Source: Ylistrum balloti
Taxonomy: Eukaryota
Assembly: GCF_031769215.1 (NCBI RefSeq)
Contig: NW_026782152.1
Span: forward strand, 434,001-498,000
Direction of reading: 5' to 3'
Length of the DNA stretch: 64,000 nucleotides
Position 1 is the stretch's first letter, and each line of letters begins with the position of its first letter. The position numbers and the translations under genes were made by a program. A model generated the notes under the pieces. It was not told where the DNA came from. It ran no database searches and worked only from the letters and a program-made list of their open reading frames with translations. Positions 36,421-50,310 of the stretch are shown here, in pieces.

Positions 36421-39339
36421 AATTTTAATATTCAATCAGCAATATTCCATAAAAAAAATATTGAAACATAAATGTTGGTAGCATCCAATATAAAGCAAAA
36501 AGTTTAATCATTTTACTGCAGTATCATGGTGGATATGAACATTTAAAATATTTTAACAATTGGCCAGTATTCAGAGATTTCATCAGACATTACCACACTT
36601 CTACAATCTTGAAAGTAGATAAGGGTAATTTATCTAGGGCAAACTTTGAAGAAACTATTGAAGTTTATAAGTTGAAAAACTCAGAAGAAAACTGTGCCAC
36701 TGTCTTAGGATATACAAATAACACAAACAAACATTAGTTAATGCAACAAGTAATAATTTATTTCAAAACTGATGTGAGTTTTTAAGTCAATCAATGACTT
36801 TCATCAAAATTAAGATGATACATATCTAGGCAGGTGTAATAAAACACAATTAAATTTTATATATAAGATGTACAATGTATTGCAATAACTAGGGAAGTAA
36901 TGATAACATTGATCAATTTAATGGGGTCTTTTTAATGCTAAGTGTTTGAATTCTGACTTCATGTATCTCATTAGTCATTTACTCAACTGGCTACCAAAAT
37001 CTACTTTATACATACATATATGAAATTTCACTTGTGACACATTTTTTTTGTTTTGTTATTTCATATATATCCCACTTTTACTTAAGACCATCATATATTT
37101 TTTGACTGTTACATACAAAGTCTAACATTTTTGAGAAAACATATCAGTCATGGCACTATCTTGGACAACACACTGCTGACCATTGAAATGTCATTTGATG
37201 TATGTCCAAATAACAATCTAAGGACTAGTGAGATAGAAATGGACTTAATAACAGGGACTTGTGTAGAGAATTCCAATCAAGGCCTATTTGGTAAATATTA
37301 CATCAATAGGCATTTCTAAAAAAAATGACTCCTCCTGTTGTAAATTATGAAAAATTACATATTTTCCTTACTTACTGAACAAGATAATAAATTTGATGAC
37401 GTATAAACTGACAGTCAAACTGTCATCTTTACATAACAAAGAAGAACACACTTCATGTATAAAAATCTATACACTGATAGACCAATTATTTATATTACAT
37501 CACATAAATATGCCATAAGATGAAGAGAAAGCCAGTAACTCACTACCATTGCACAATGTTGGTCCTATAAGGTAGTATAAACCATTAACCAAGAAATCTC
37601 TTTGTCTAATGAATGTACAGGAATGTGAGCAAGTTGACAAAGATAGAGGAAACTTTAAAAGGGTATTGTCATGTTTCTTGAGATGTTAGTGAAATAGCGA
37701 CCAATCTTGTATATAGAAAAATCAAATTGGTTTATTTTATTATATAAAGAAGTCATTAAAATTAGTAAAAGATTTTCTTAAGGTTTTAAAAATATCATAA
37801 AAAAAGTTGCATATCAATCTGATATATATATATACATATATAAATTAAGGACTAGCAATCAGATGTATACATTAAATTATCTGATTTATAGTTGTGAGGG
37901 ATATTTAATGATCATAACACCAAACATTTTTCAATGATCATATTCAACAATGAGTAATTTGTAAAAACTGAGTAAAAAGTATTGGTAAGGAACAAAACTC
38001 TGCATGGTAAACCTGGTCACTTTTATACATGATAAATTACGACACTCTCCAAAAGAATTTAACATTGAAACCTTCTAAGTATATTTTTACAGACAACAAT
38101 ACATTGAGTATTCTATTGCCTAGTTATACATATTTTATGTAATTACTTCTAGAGTTATCACTTTAATCGACAATTTTTTTGTTTTATGTATAACGTGGAT
38201 AAAAAATTATCCAAGATAAATTTATACTGTTGAGTTACATCACAACTCAAACTATTTAAACTCTGACCCCTCAGGATTTTAATCAGAGATTTCCAAATGT
38301 GGTATTGGCTGTGCCAAATGTGGTATAGACAAACGACTACAAACTTTATTTATTCAGGAAAATGCAAATTACCATAAGCTTTCATGGGGAAAAGAAAAAT
38401 GCATGGGACCCCATCCTTAGCAATTTCTTTATAATGACGGGAAAGAAAACTGTGCACAAGTATCTATATAAAACTGATTTCCTTCTAACTGAGCTCTGAC
38501 TGAATTTATCATCACCAGATAATGCTTATTGCAAGCTGAGAAAAGACAAAACATCAACAAAACTCACAGGTAAAATATTTAAAGAGGCATACATTCTTGA
38601 GTTCAAAATGATATACTCATACATTCAATGAAAATCACCAGCAAATTCATTCATATGTATTAACTCAATGGATCCATCACCAAAGTAGCTAAATAAATGC
38701 ACCATGGCCATGTGCTCCTAACGAATCTGACAGTAACATTCACTGCGATAATTGACTGAGCATGCTACTATATGTATATGAAAACAAAGAATTCTTTTGG
38801 GGTTGTAATAAAATAAATCCACTAGGACCTAACACCTGTCTTTCATACATCATTGAATGAGACATTTTGTATCCTAAACAACCACACAAGAGTGCATACA
38901 TTCAATTCTATATCTGATGAGATCAGTTTTTTGTGCATGTCAATTAAATAATACAAGGTGAAGTAGATGTCCAAGTGTAATCGCTATATTAACAATTCAT
39001 CAAGTGACATGAATAGTTCAACCATTTCAGCACACAAAAGCATTTTATGTCTAATAAGTTAAAATGTAACAATTCTCTAGTAATGGATTAAATACAGGAA
39101 GCAGCTATGTTATCTAACAGACACAATCACAATCTTTCCATTAGTAGGCAATAGAGCAGTTAATAATTCAGGTTGCTGATGTCACATCAAATATTAACGT
39201 TTGGCATGTTGATTTGCTGTAAAGCTTAAATTTCACTAATAGTATGTTAATAATTGTAAATTTTATGGATCAAATACATGTAATTGAGCAAATCTCCAGA
39301 AAATGTTCATCAGGACAGCACACTGTAGTCTGTATTATG

Positions 39340-42300
39340 CTAGTAATGACAACTACAGGAGGAGAGATCAGGACGATACTCCCAGCCATTTCCCAAAAAA
39401 CCTGCACAAAGAAATCCACCAGGTCCTTTCCATCCAAATTCTGGTCCTGTCACCACATAGTCTGGCAGTAGATTGGAAAACTGTAAACCACAAACCAATG
39501 TTAAACCATCATACACTATATTATACATCCCTGGTTAAACATGTACAATATTCTAAAAGCAACCTTGAAAAGAAAAAAAAATATATCAAAACTGTACATA
39601 CTAAATACATAGATTGACACAGGCTTTAGGCATGCAAATCAGTTTTCAATATGAAGATTTGATCTTCCAAAGGCCTTACACTTTTCAGGCAAATCATACG
39701 TCATTTTTGTCATGAAACCAGGATCAAGTCAATTAGATTTGGCCTTTGTAGTTTGAATCACCAGGTCTGTTATTATATCTATATTGTGACAGGTCAAATA
39801 TCATGACCACAGGTTTCTACCAGTACTCAAGCCAATTCAATATCAGACACCAGTACTGTTGCCAAAGAGGTAAAGTCCACTTTTTTAAGGAGGTACATAC
39901 CAATATTATTCCACTTTTCAAAAAAAAAAGAAAAATCACTCCTGGTAATAGGTCCATCCTATCTGTTGCAGTTTAAACTTACTGGTGACCTTGTCATTGG
40001 AGGAATGGTGGGTGTGGCTAGAGATACGATGTCCCTCAGACCCTCAATAGAGTTTGCTGACAGTAACATCACCAGGCCATCCTTCCATGACTTGTGTGGA
40101 GCAAGTGTCATTAAACCACTGCGAGGCTCCATAAATTTACAATCACCAAGCTTTATCACAGAATCTGCAGAGACATAGAAAGCAAATGAAGAATGTTATA
40201 AAATAAGTGTGTTTTCTTTTTAATGCAGTATTACATCAATGCAATATGCATATCTAATGCACAATGCATCCATACCACTTCTATTGATGAATGTTAGAAT
40301 TGTTTTCTAGAAGAAGAAACAAACAGCATGAGCTTAATACCAGACAGCAAATCAGTAACAAGGTATTTCAAAGCAACACTAATTCCTAAAATCAGTTTTG
40401 GCAATTCAACTATGGAAAGTAAAATCATAAAGTTAGATAGAAGAATGATGACACATGTAAGAAACAATTGTTGATCTCATAAGATACCGTTAACATATTT
40501 CACAGGGATAGTGAATAATAAACTACAATCCTTAAAATCTATTCCAAACAGACACTTTCCCTGAGAAAGCACTGGATGAAATCGGATTGGTATTGATAAA
40601 AAAGAACTGGAGATTTTGTGCTGAAACAAATTTTCTAACTACATGTATAGTTACAGTCAAATTAATCTTACAACCACCAGACCATAAAAGCATTCCTAAG
40701 TAAGCATTTTCTTGAACAAGGCATTGAGTTAGTGGAACTGGCCAAACTGGAGAAAATTATGAATGAAGGACAGACAAAAGCAATTGCAATATCCTCTTAA
40801 AATGGAGAGAAGGAAAGGAAGAATACCCAATATAAATAATGCTGTTTACCTGTTAATGTTAGGTCAGGGGGCAGTTCCAATACTTCCAGTATAGCAGTGG
40901 ACAGGCTTAAGATAATCAGGTTTCTTTCACCTAGGAAAACAACATTGCTGCATATTATTTTCCAAACACACAGGTCATGCTTTTTCTATGTAAAAAAAAA
41001 CTTTCCAACATCACAACAATTTGGAAATGTTTACAGAATTAGAAATTTCACTATTTCAATTGATATGAATCAAAAATATATTTACTTTGCATATACCTCA
41101 GTAGTGCAAGATCAGATTTAAGCATTCTTCAGTAGGACCTACCAATTGTTTTGTCGGAGATATCACTGAGTTTGACAATGGGAGCAGCTGTGTCTGAGGT
41201 CTGGAAGAATAGGTTAGCAATGTACACAGCAAGACTTTGGATCTCTGTGCCATACTCAGATTCTGTATCTGTGTTAAGGAATAAAATGCAGGTCTTTGTT
41301 ATTTCATCAATCTTAGTGAATAGTATAGTGTAATTGTAATTAGACATCAAACCCAGGACCTTTAATTTACTTAACTAAAGTTAAACTAATGATCTTAAAA
41401 GAAATTCTTCCCAATTGAGCCAGAGGCATCTAATACTTTAACAGGGTTACACAAAATAAACCTCTATTACAACCAAAATTACTACCAATATTAGACATTT
41501 AATGTGTCATAATTTCATGAGCATCATTTTACTTGTGATCATAGTTAGAAATATGACAATTTCCTTCCTTTGGCAACATCTCATACAATTTATCAAACAA
41601 TGTACAGACAAGTGGAGCAAATTAGCACCTATGACAATAACAAATGGTTGCTCTGCAACACGTCTGGCAGGTCCATAGGTGGTAGAATTTCTCCTATCCA
41701 TATCAACTCCACATAGTTCCCAGTCCCCTACAACACAGGAGAACACTGAACATCAATCCAATATCATGGTAACTGAAACTATCAATAAGTCAGTATAATG
41801 CTCTCTTTGAATTTATGTCCTTAATAATGTTGAAATATTTTAATAACTGAATATTTTGTGAATGATTCTGGCCTATTTCACAAACATGGGTCAAGGTTAT
41901 TTAGTATCCTCACCTTTTTTATTGCAAAATAGCACACCATCAGTTTCAAACTTGTTTGAATCGTCAATGTCCACAACTGTGTCATCAATCTTTCCGTAAA
42001 AAAAAAAAACAAACAAAAAAACAAATCACCATGATCTTGAAATATATAACCAATATACTTTGATAATAATACTAAAAATAATTGTGTCAAGAGCTTTTTG
42101 CAGTAATTTGAATTCTATTTGAAATTCAACTGGGAAATCACTGAAGACCTGCATGTCATGTTCTCACTTACTTTGAGCAGTTTGTTCTTCCAATCCATCT
42201 TTCTTATCTTGGGTTCTCTTATTACAAAAGATTGAACATTTGTTGTCTTAAGCCAAATTTCGCTGTTCTTTGTAAAACCCTGAAATTATAAAATTGCACT

Positions 42301-45300
42301 CTTGAATTGTACAACTGTAATGTAAACAGCATATAATCCATAATAAAGGCCTAATTAAAAGGCTTTAACTGCCACCTGAGTTTAATGTTTTAGTTCTTGT
42401 GCCATGTCAAAAATTGATTTTTTCGGATTTTCAGAAATTTTGACAACACACTGGGGAATCAGTCAGATTCAACATGCACAAACCGTCAAAGTACAATCGT
42501 ACACTTACAATTCTAACCAAGACTAAATTATTTTCCCAAAAAAGAACTAAGTTATAAAAGAATACACTACAGTAAACTTTGCCCCTAACTGAGGACAAAT
42601 AAATGTGAGATCCTGGGTAATTCTTGTAAAGCTTCTGAAACCCTTTCATCCATGAAAATTACATAAACTAGTATGTATTGGTTTCTACTGTATCCATTTT
42701 TGCCATATCCATCTGCTAGAGTCAATGTGTGCATCCATGAGAGTCAGGCGACCTAAAAAGCTTATAAGCTTACATTACAAATACAAAATGTTTTTTAGAA
42801 TAGGAAAGGTAGGCACTTACTTCTATTTTACTAAGGCGTAATGGTGTCCTCTGCTGAATGATCTCTAAACCATTTAGGCCCTCTCCTAAGGCTGGATTGT
42901 AGCTAGTGAAAACAAACTTTCCCTCATTTTCCTTCCTTGTGTATTTGTTGTCCTTTGAGCGGTCACAGCCATCACTATTACAGCTGTCATCTAGTTTGGT
43001 AATACTGTCAGTAAACTCCCTTAGCTGTCGGTCATTCACTACCCCACCATCATTGGTCTCCCTGGCAACATTTTTATAATTATAAACTGTTGTGAAGGAA
43101 TTCCTTCTTTCCTGAGACTGACACATTAATATCATATTTGATAAAATGACATTCATCATTTAACCTTTGATTAAAATTATCAAGAGTTTCCCCTACCACC
43201 AACTGACCTGTGCTATGTCCCCTGTACCCAATGACATCCATATGTAACTGTCCCAAACACTCAGTATTGTAACAAGATAATTCAGCAAAATGCAGTCTCC
43301 CACCAACACCACTTCACCAAGAAAAACCCATATCCCATGATTAGATTTGAAGAAGATAAGGCCAGTACAAGTTTTTTATGTAGATCAAAGGTCAAAATGT
43401 AGGTCAGTGACCTACTTTTAATATGTGACACACAGTTCCCTTCATCAGTATTGTAGATGATAGGAAACTGACAAGGAAAAGCTTTTCCTTTGATGTTCAC
43501 TAAGATGAACCAATTGTGTGTTGAAGAATGGGGACAATGTAGTGGAAGGATCGACAAACAAATGCAAAACTATAGTCCCCTCCTGTTCCTGGTGGAGGAC
43601 TCATCTTATAATAATCCCATGGGGTCAATAATTAAATTTTGACTCAAAGTCAGGGGTGGGCCTATTACATGAGAGTGCAAAAATTATTTATCTTTTTATT
43701 GAACAGCTTGGGTGGGCTCGTTACTGGGCCTAGGCTTATTGCCAGATAAATGTGGTAGCATACCATGTGTCCCACCACCAGTGTTCCTTGCCTGGTAGTT
43801 CTGTGTAGTTGATCATGAGCTGTATCTCATTCATTAGTCTGTACATCCTCCTCATGAAGAATGGATGAACAGTGCGATCATTGGCACCAATTCTGGTGAA
43901 TACAGGAATGTTCTGAATAAGAATGAATATCCATGTTACTACAGAATACTTATTCAGGTAATTAAACATTTATGCCATATAACAAATATAAATGAATGAA
44001 ATATTTAGTTGTGAGCAAAAATTGCAAAACTAATTTAATTATTTTTTTCAATTGTGCTACATACTCTCAAAAATATATGAATTTATATCCCATTGGTGAA
44101 ACGTAACTGCTTTTTTTGAAAAAAAACACAGCATCCTCTTCTTATTAATATAAAATTTTGACCAAGCTACCTGTAAATTTGTGATATGTCTATCAGCATC
44201 ATTCTCTGCTATACAGGCCTCCATCACTGCTTTGATGGCAGGATCAATGTGACTTGTGGCCAGATCATGTCTGTAGAAGAATTACTTAGGTATCATTTCA
44301 CAAATTTTGAAAAACTGGCATCTATAAAATGTCTAATTTAATAAATAGTTTAATATAATAGATAAAATCATTTTAAAATAGCTTAGATATTTGATCAGAT
44401 CTGAAGACTCATTTCAAATGATATTCCAAGTACCTAAATATGTTAAGAGAACTATGAATAAGTATGATTCATTAGTTTTCATTCCAAAACAAACCTAAAG
44501 AAAAGATTGCTGTCTCCATACTCTTCTTTCTTGATCCACCCTGCGAGTGATACCAATCCAATGGCTCTGTCAGGGAAGTGTGTGGCTAGGTGCCACGCCC
44601 CATGTCCTCCCATGGAGTGACCTGAATGTGAAATGTATACATGTAAACATACCCAATACAGCTACATGTATCTTGTCAGGCCTGTACTGTTTGATCAGCG
44701 ATTGATAGAATGGTGCCATACCTATACAGTAATCAAAACACAAACTCTTCAAATCTTTACACGATTCTCAAGTAATTTTCAAAGGTGAAAATAATTGTAG
44801 TTACTTGCCAGCAAACAGGACACTGGAACTGTCTGCCTTTTCAGAGATCCAATCACTGGATTGTGTTAGTGATGCCAGTCTGTCCAGTGCTGTCATAGCC
44901 GTGAGACTGCCAGGACCTTCCCAGTTATGTGCACCATGTCTGTTAGCAACCATTTACACATTGTTATCCAGTCAAGATGTTTTTATTTGATATAACAACT
45001 ATTGCTTGTTTAATCAAAATAAGTTTAATAGATCTGATCTTTAAATCAGATGCAACATTTCATTATTTCCCGCTTTATTCACATTAAGCAATTGTTTGTT
45101 TTTGTTTTTGCATATAAAACGTATTGGTTTTGAAAACAAAAGATGTAATACCACAATTTCTGATAGACATATATACCTTGTTGGAGCCAGCAGCCAAGCA
45201 CGTGGAATTCCAAATACAAATTCTCCATTCCTCATTACCTTGTAGCTGTCAGCCTGGTTCTGTGGTGGCACAGTGGTGCCATGTAATGTGAGAAGGGTAG

Positions 45301-48300
45301 GACAGGTGGCTCCCCCACACCCTATAATAGGGGCTATGGCTGCCGCATGCTGCACAGATCCATCATGGTCTAGAAATGTAAACAGAAAGGACTCTCCAAG
45401 CTTCCTACAGCGGAGATTGAACTTGAAGGGCAAGGTTCCTTGTGATGTTGTAATGGACAGAATCACATTTATTGAGGTACACTTTGACACAACTCTCTCA
45501 TCAGCTACTGTTTCCAATGATATCAAAACTGGTATAGTTTGACCTGGAGCAATATTCACAGAATGGAGCAAATGGCTTTTCAAAGTGTTTCCATCTGATT
45601 GATCAGCCACTGATACCTTGGAAATGCGAACCCATTTTGTTTGATGATAATTTGTCACTGGAAGAGCAATGTGTTTGCCAAACAAGTAGCCATTTACAAG
45701 ATCTGGTAAGAAGTGAGGAGGTAGAATTTGGATACTAGATTGTGGTATCTTTATAGAGCACTGGAAATTAGCAGTCACTTTAGAGCGTAAACGAATGTAG
45801 ATGGTATGGACACCTTGTGACAGGTGGGTAGTGGTCCAGAACACATCCCTACGGTACACATCTCCTGTCAATGGTCGGTCATCGATGTAAAAAGTGTGGA
45901 CATCCAAACACTGAAACACCACAATCTGGTCTTTCTCATTCACGGCAAACTCCCCTACCACCCAACCCTGCCATTCAGTTATCCCCATGGAACTAAGAGA
46001 GTTTACCAAGTCATTCCAGTTTACTTGGGGACTTATTTTTATGGTTTCATCAGCATAAGACTGCTTAAATGTTTTCCACTTAACTTCTCCACTGTGAACC
46101 AGCTCAGAGAAAAATTTTATATTTTTGTTGTTTCTTTTTTTAGCAACTTCAAACACACCACCAAAAGGTTCCAATGGATCACCATCAATTTCCATTTTTC
46201 CAATGACAAATGGTCCAATAAAATCCCATGAAGCAACGTACGGGCTAACCTTCCCAGATAGTTTTGATGCATGCTTGAAACAAGATACCGCTTGTGATGT
46301 TTGTCCCTTCCTCTGGTACAGTGTACCGAGTGCAGACCACTGAAATCCATCATTTTCCTTGGCTTCCAAGGCGAGAAGTACACATGGTATTGCCTGGTCA
46401 ATCTATAGTAAACATAGAAATTGGTAAAGATATATCAGTACATACAACTGATTCTTTGAAGTTTACATTAGTAACTAATTTTGGAAGGGTTCATATTTTT
46501 TAAGGATAGTAAATTGAATGGTCAATCAAAAGAAGCCATTATGAAGACAAAGGAGCTGTACTGAGATGATACAATATTAACTCTTCAATAAAATGACCAG
46601 GATTCAACTCTTCTGAAAAGGTATTGGGTCATCTCACCTGCCACTCTACATTGGTGTTTTCCAGTTTCCTTCAAAATTTTATCTCCAACATCAGTAATTA
46701 TTTTGCCCTGTATTAAAGCTGGAAAAAGGCTGGTTCCCCTTGGCCCGAGTAATAATTGCAAGTTGTTTAAACTTGTTATTCATAACTGTTTATTAATAGA
46801 TCTGTGCACTAAAAATTTCAATGTTTCTTAGTCATGAGATTGATAGGATCTGTTTACTACAGAGTTTGTCAATAAACAGTCATTTTCACGAATCCTACTG
46901 TCCTTTTTCTTTGTTTATCACTTGTATCAATACTGATGATACCAAGATATCTAATACCAAATAATTTCACAGAGCTATTGTTTTCTATTTGTCCCAATTG
47001 CAGTTAGTTTACTTGGAGTAAATTTCACACTACTCTGTCATTTTTTAATATTAGTGAAATAAGTAAAGTATGTCTTGATAGTGATATACAGGCACAAAAG
47101 GGTATAAGTGACATTTTCTGAGATTTTGATGGTTATTTAATTTTTTTTATATATTATAAGAGGAGTTCATATTCAATAAGACATAAAACATCTTAACAGT
47201 TCAAAATTGATATATAAAAACAACCTTTAAAACCTTCCTATTTTCAGCTGCTTCATCCTTTTATGTTTAAGGATTACCGGTAAATTTCTAGTTTGTATAC
47301 ATTTTAGGGAATAAATACATTTGAATTTGGGTAAATTGAATAACTGACAAATCCAGTTATGCAAAATTTAACCAAGTTCAGCTGAAGTTATCACCCAATA
47401 ACCTCAACAAAAAAAGAAAGTTAATCTTTACATTTACAGTTTTTCTTCATTAAAATACAATTTTATTACCCATTATAAAGTTTAATCACAAACGATGACA
47501 ATGTTCAGATTTCCAGCTTGTCCAACAGGACAAACTGTAATAACAAGAGGATAAGTTAATGATCTGAGATGCTATATACTTCACCTCTGCAGTCCATCTT
47601 AAATGGTTTACACTGTTCAGTGTTATCTTTTTTGGACATGGAGCTGTAAATTTCCTCTTTTCTTTTTCCAAAAATTCTTTAACATCCTAAAAAAGTAAAG
47701 AAAAATGTGAGAAATTTAAGATTTGTATAGTATCCTTTACATGACCATCTATTTTCAATACTACAATACATGATTTGGGTCAAAACTTTTTTAAAATGTG
47801 AAATGGTGTGACCATGTTTAAATCACACTAAAAAGTAAGGACATAAATAATAACTTCCTTAACTGTAAGTCACTATACAGTAATCACTCTCAGGTATGTT
47901 CAGTATCCAGCATTCTTGTTGGACATTCTTGTTGGACATTCTTGTTCCTGTCAGGATCATGGCACAATGAATTAAAATATACTTAAGTAAAACTATTCAG
48001 ATGTATAACATCATGATTCTATTTTAATTCTTAATTGTCATTCATCAAAGTTACTTGTCATCATAAAGTAAATTTGTCATAATCATAATTTCCTTTGCTA
48101 TATATGTCAGGATGATACATGAGTATGGTAGAAGTTGAGAGTACTGGTTGCCTTACTAGCCATGGCTAGTGAAATTTTCCCTTATGTCAAGCAGTAGAGT
48201 GTCTGACTAGAGACCGAAGGTTCAAACCCCAACAATGGCAGGGTATTTTTCATTACTTCTTCCTATTACAGATTTGGTACTGTAACCACTCCAAGGGTAG

Positions 48301-49824
48301 AAGTTATAGGAGATTAAGACACATCCTTGGAAATGTTGACTCTGGGTAGTTGTTGTCATTGGGGTCAAGGACTTTGTGAAGGAGGGAGAAGTGTAGACAT
48401 TGAGAATACAGTTCGCTTTATAAGCCTTGGCTTGTGGGAATTTCCTTTTAGATAAGTAAAAGGTTGTCCACCTAAGAGACCAAAAGGTCACTAGTTACAA
48501 CTCTGGGTGGAAGCATCATATTTTTTGTTACTACTTCCTAGTATACATATAGCAGAATTATGTTATACCAAAGAATGATCCAAATAAAGTACAAACAAAA
48601 CTGAGTTAGGAGAAAGGGAATACATGGTAAACTAAGGAAAATTCTGTAGAAGAAGATGTTTCTATTCTGCTGTGATTTGTATCTATTCCTGTGTATTGCA
48701 TTGGCTAATCTTTTGCAATAAAAGAGTGATGGAGAATTCCTGAATTGCAAACTAAACAATGTCACATATCAAGTTCTTAATGCACCACTGTTAGGAACAC
48801 TGGAACAGAATCTGAAATTGTATTGAACACCTATTGTCCATATGTCATACACAGTTTGTCTAGGAACATATGACATTGCCACTAGGCCTTTGTTCAGCCC
48901 ATGGAAGTAGCCCAACCAACCATCAAACTGGAAAGGTTAATGTTTTAAATGGAGGTTGAAAAACAGGACATCCACCTCAAATCCATTTATCATCAGCTTC
49001 GCCAATAAAAGTGATGACATTGGTTGTTTACATGCTTTATGTTTGCTTCCATGGATGAAATTAGTGTTTTAATAGATGCACCTCTAAGATGATCTGTCTA
49101 TTCAGTAAGTTGCCAGAGTTTGGCCATATCTTTGGAATGGACTAGCACAGCATAACTCATGGGGTCTCTTGCATCAGTGTGAATAACCAATCAACCAATC
49201 AAGATTGAATCCACTTTCATCATTGTACCAGGTAGTATTATTTTGAATCAATTTACCTAACCGACTTCATAATATTGCATTGCTGTAAGAGAGATATGCC
49301 GTATCTTATAAGATGACATGACATCATTGCTAAATGTAAGGGGCTATGATAGCTCAGTCAGTAGAACGCTGGCCTATGTAACCTAAGGTGGAGATCCGAA
49401 GTACATCGATTCCACACTCCCTACACATAGTGATTTGTGCTTCTCACGTTGCTCACTCTGAGAGACAGATCGGTCTGTTGTTGTGATTGTATCCTTTGGC
49501 AAGGCATTTTACTTCAAACGCTGTGGATGGCATACGACTGGCCTCTTGTATATTGTACAATGAGGTCACTGTGTACTGTAACGCCACGTCAAAATTGTTT
49601 TGACTGTTTGTGGGGATGATAAAACCTATCAAACAAACGAAAAACACCGCACATTAGATCTTCCTTGGGAAAATGAAGACATATCGAAAAATATCTTCTA
49701 CTAAGTCTAGTCTACTTACGAAAACGTCTTTCTTTTTCGCTAATGAATAGTGAATAAACGAAGTAAAAAACACGAGAGCGAAAAAGACTGTTTTCTTATA
49801 TTGAAGTGCTTGGATTGGCACCAT
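39340..49824 (-). CDS. Uncharacterised secreted protein, about 1018 aa: signal peptide + TPR pair + beta-rich middle + S9/prolyl-oligopeptidase-like alpha/beta hydrolase
   Basis: Exons (minus): 49824-49720 (MVPIQALQYKKTVFFALVFFTSFIHYSLAKKKDVF), 47686-47585, 46707-46645 (donor uncertain), 46402-45177, 44939-44809, 44621-44495, 44270-44171, 43912-43764, 43061-42821, 42279-42172, 41989-41914, 41727-41629, 41268-41143, 40930-40850, 40164-39983, 39480-39340. 3057 nt in frame. Nucleophile elbow FAGHSMGGHGAW, candidate Asp in RIGANDRTV, candidate His in GKEHWWWD, oxyanion-region LTLHGT. Confidence 0.85.
43290..43602 (-). mobile_element. Degenerate HINE-like element in reverse orientation (hydrolase intron 8)
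   Basis: aacaaga start, ggtcaaaatgtaggtcagtgacct core (related copy near 27530), end acaaacaaatgcaaaactatagtcccctcc...ggaggact. Confidence 0.5.
44622..44808 (-). other. GC-AG intron interrupting the Gly codon of the G-H-S-M-G motif
   Basis: ...TTT GCT G|gcaagt ... ttcag|GT CAC TCC ATG GGA. Read-through hits TAA two codons later, so the GC donor is required. Confidence 0.9.
48185..48260 (+). mobile_element. Degenerate tRNA-derived SINE head
   Basis: agcagtagagtgtctgactagag (A-box-like) and ggttcaaaccc (B-box-like); no full cloverleaf. Confidence 0.4.
49340..49420 (+). pseudogene. tRNA-like relic / SINE head (loosely Thr-TGT-like), not a functional tRNA
   Basis: gggctatgaTAGCTCAGTCAGTAGAacgctggcctatgtaacctaaggtgg...atcgattcc: D-arm/A-box intact, acceptor and T stems broken. 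Confidence 0.5.
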
Positions 49825-50310
49825 CTTTCGTGACTGATATGTTCTGTCCAGCCGGTCGCTAGTCTGCAAATCAGTAGCAGACCACAAGTCAACTTCCTCT
49901 GATGGCGGTGTGTAATGGAAAAAGCGACCAAAATTTATGGAAAATTTTAAATGCCCGAGTATAAGTCAAGTAGATCATAATGTTGTGAAGCGACATTAAT
50001 AAATAATTATTCTATCAATAAAAATACAGTATTTATTGAATAAATATTCCGATAAATTTATCGTCTTTTTGGTCTTGCGGAACTTTATATCGAGGGGGAT
50101 TTATTCCTAATGCACACAGAGTGTTAAATTCTATTGATCATGCAAACGCTTTAATATACCGGTGCGTATCAATGAAGCTTGTGAAATACGTTGTGTGTTA
50201 ATCACCCGACGCATCGCAGCCAATGGCAATGTGAAAAACTGATAAAAACACTGGTCTTTGGAATTTGGCCGGGTTTCTCTTCTTGTCTGCACTGTCAGAC
50301 CTAAATCACC
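49825..50310. promoter_or_regulatory. Putative bidirectional promoter / 5' UTRs of the hydrolase gene and GNPAT
   Basis: 486 bp between ATG 49824 (minus) and ATG 50311 (plus, context atcaccATGG); CpG-enriched. Confidence 0.7.

Noticed and set aside
45273-46343. Plus-strand ORFs of 89, 135 and 72 aa
   Set aside because: Antisense shadows of the long hydrolase exon.
47486-47686. Exon at 47686 read as the terminal exon of a separate small gene (ends CHRL*, AATAAA 20 nt later)
   Set aside because: A phase-0 donor at 47585 joins it in frame to the TPR exons, and the resulting signal peptide-TPR-hydrolase protein is more coherent. A short alternatively polyadenylated form cannot be excluded without RNA data.
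49340-49420. Functional tRNA gene
   Set aside because: Acceptor and T stems do not pair and the B-box is degenerate; kept only as a SINE/tRNA relic.
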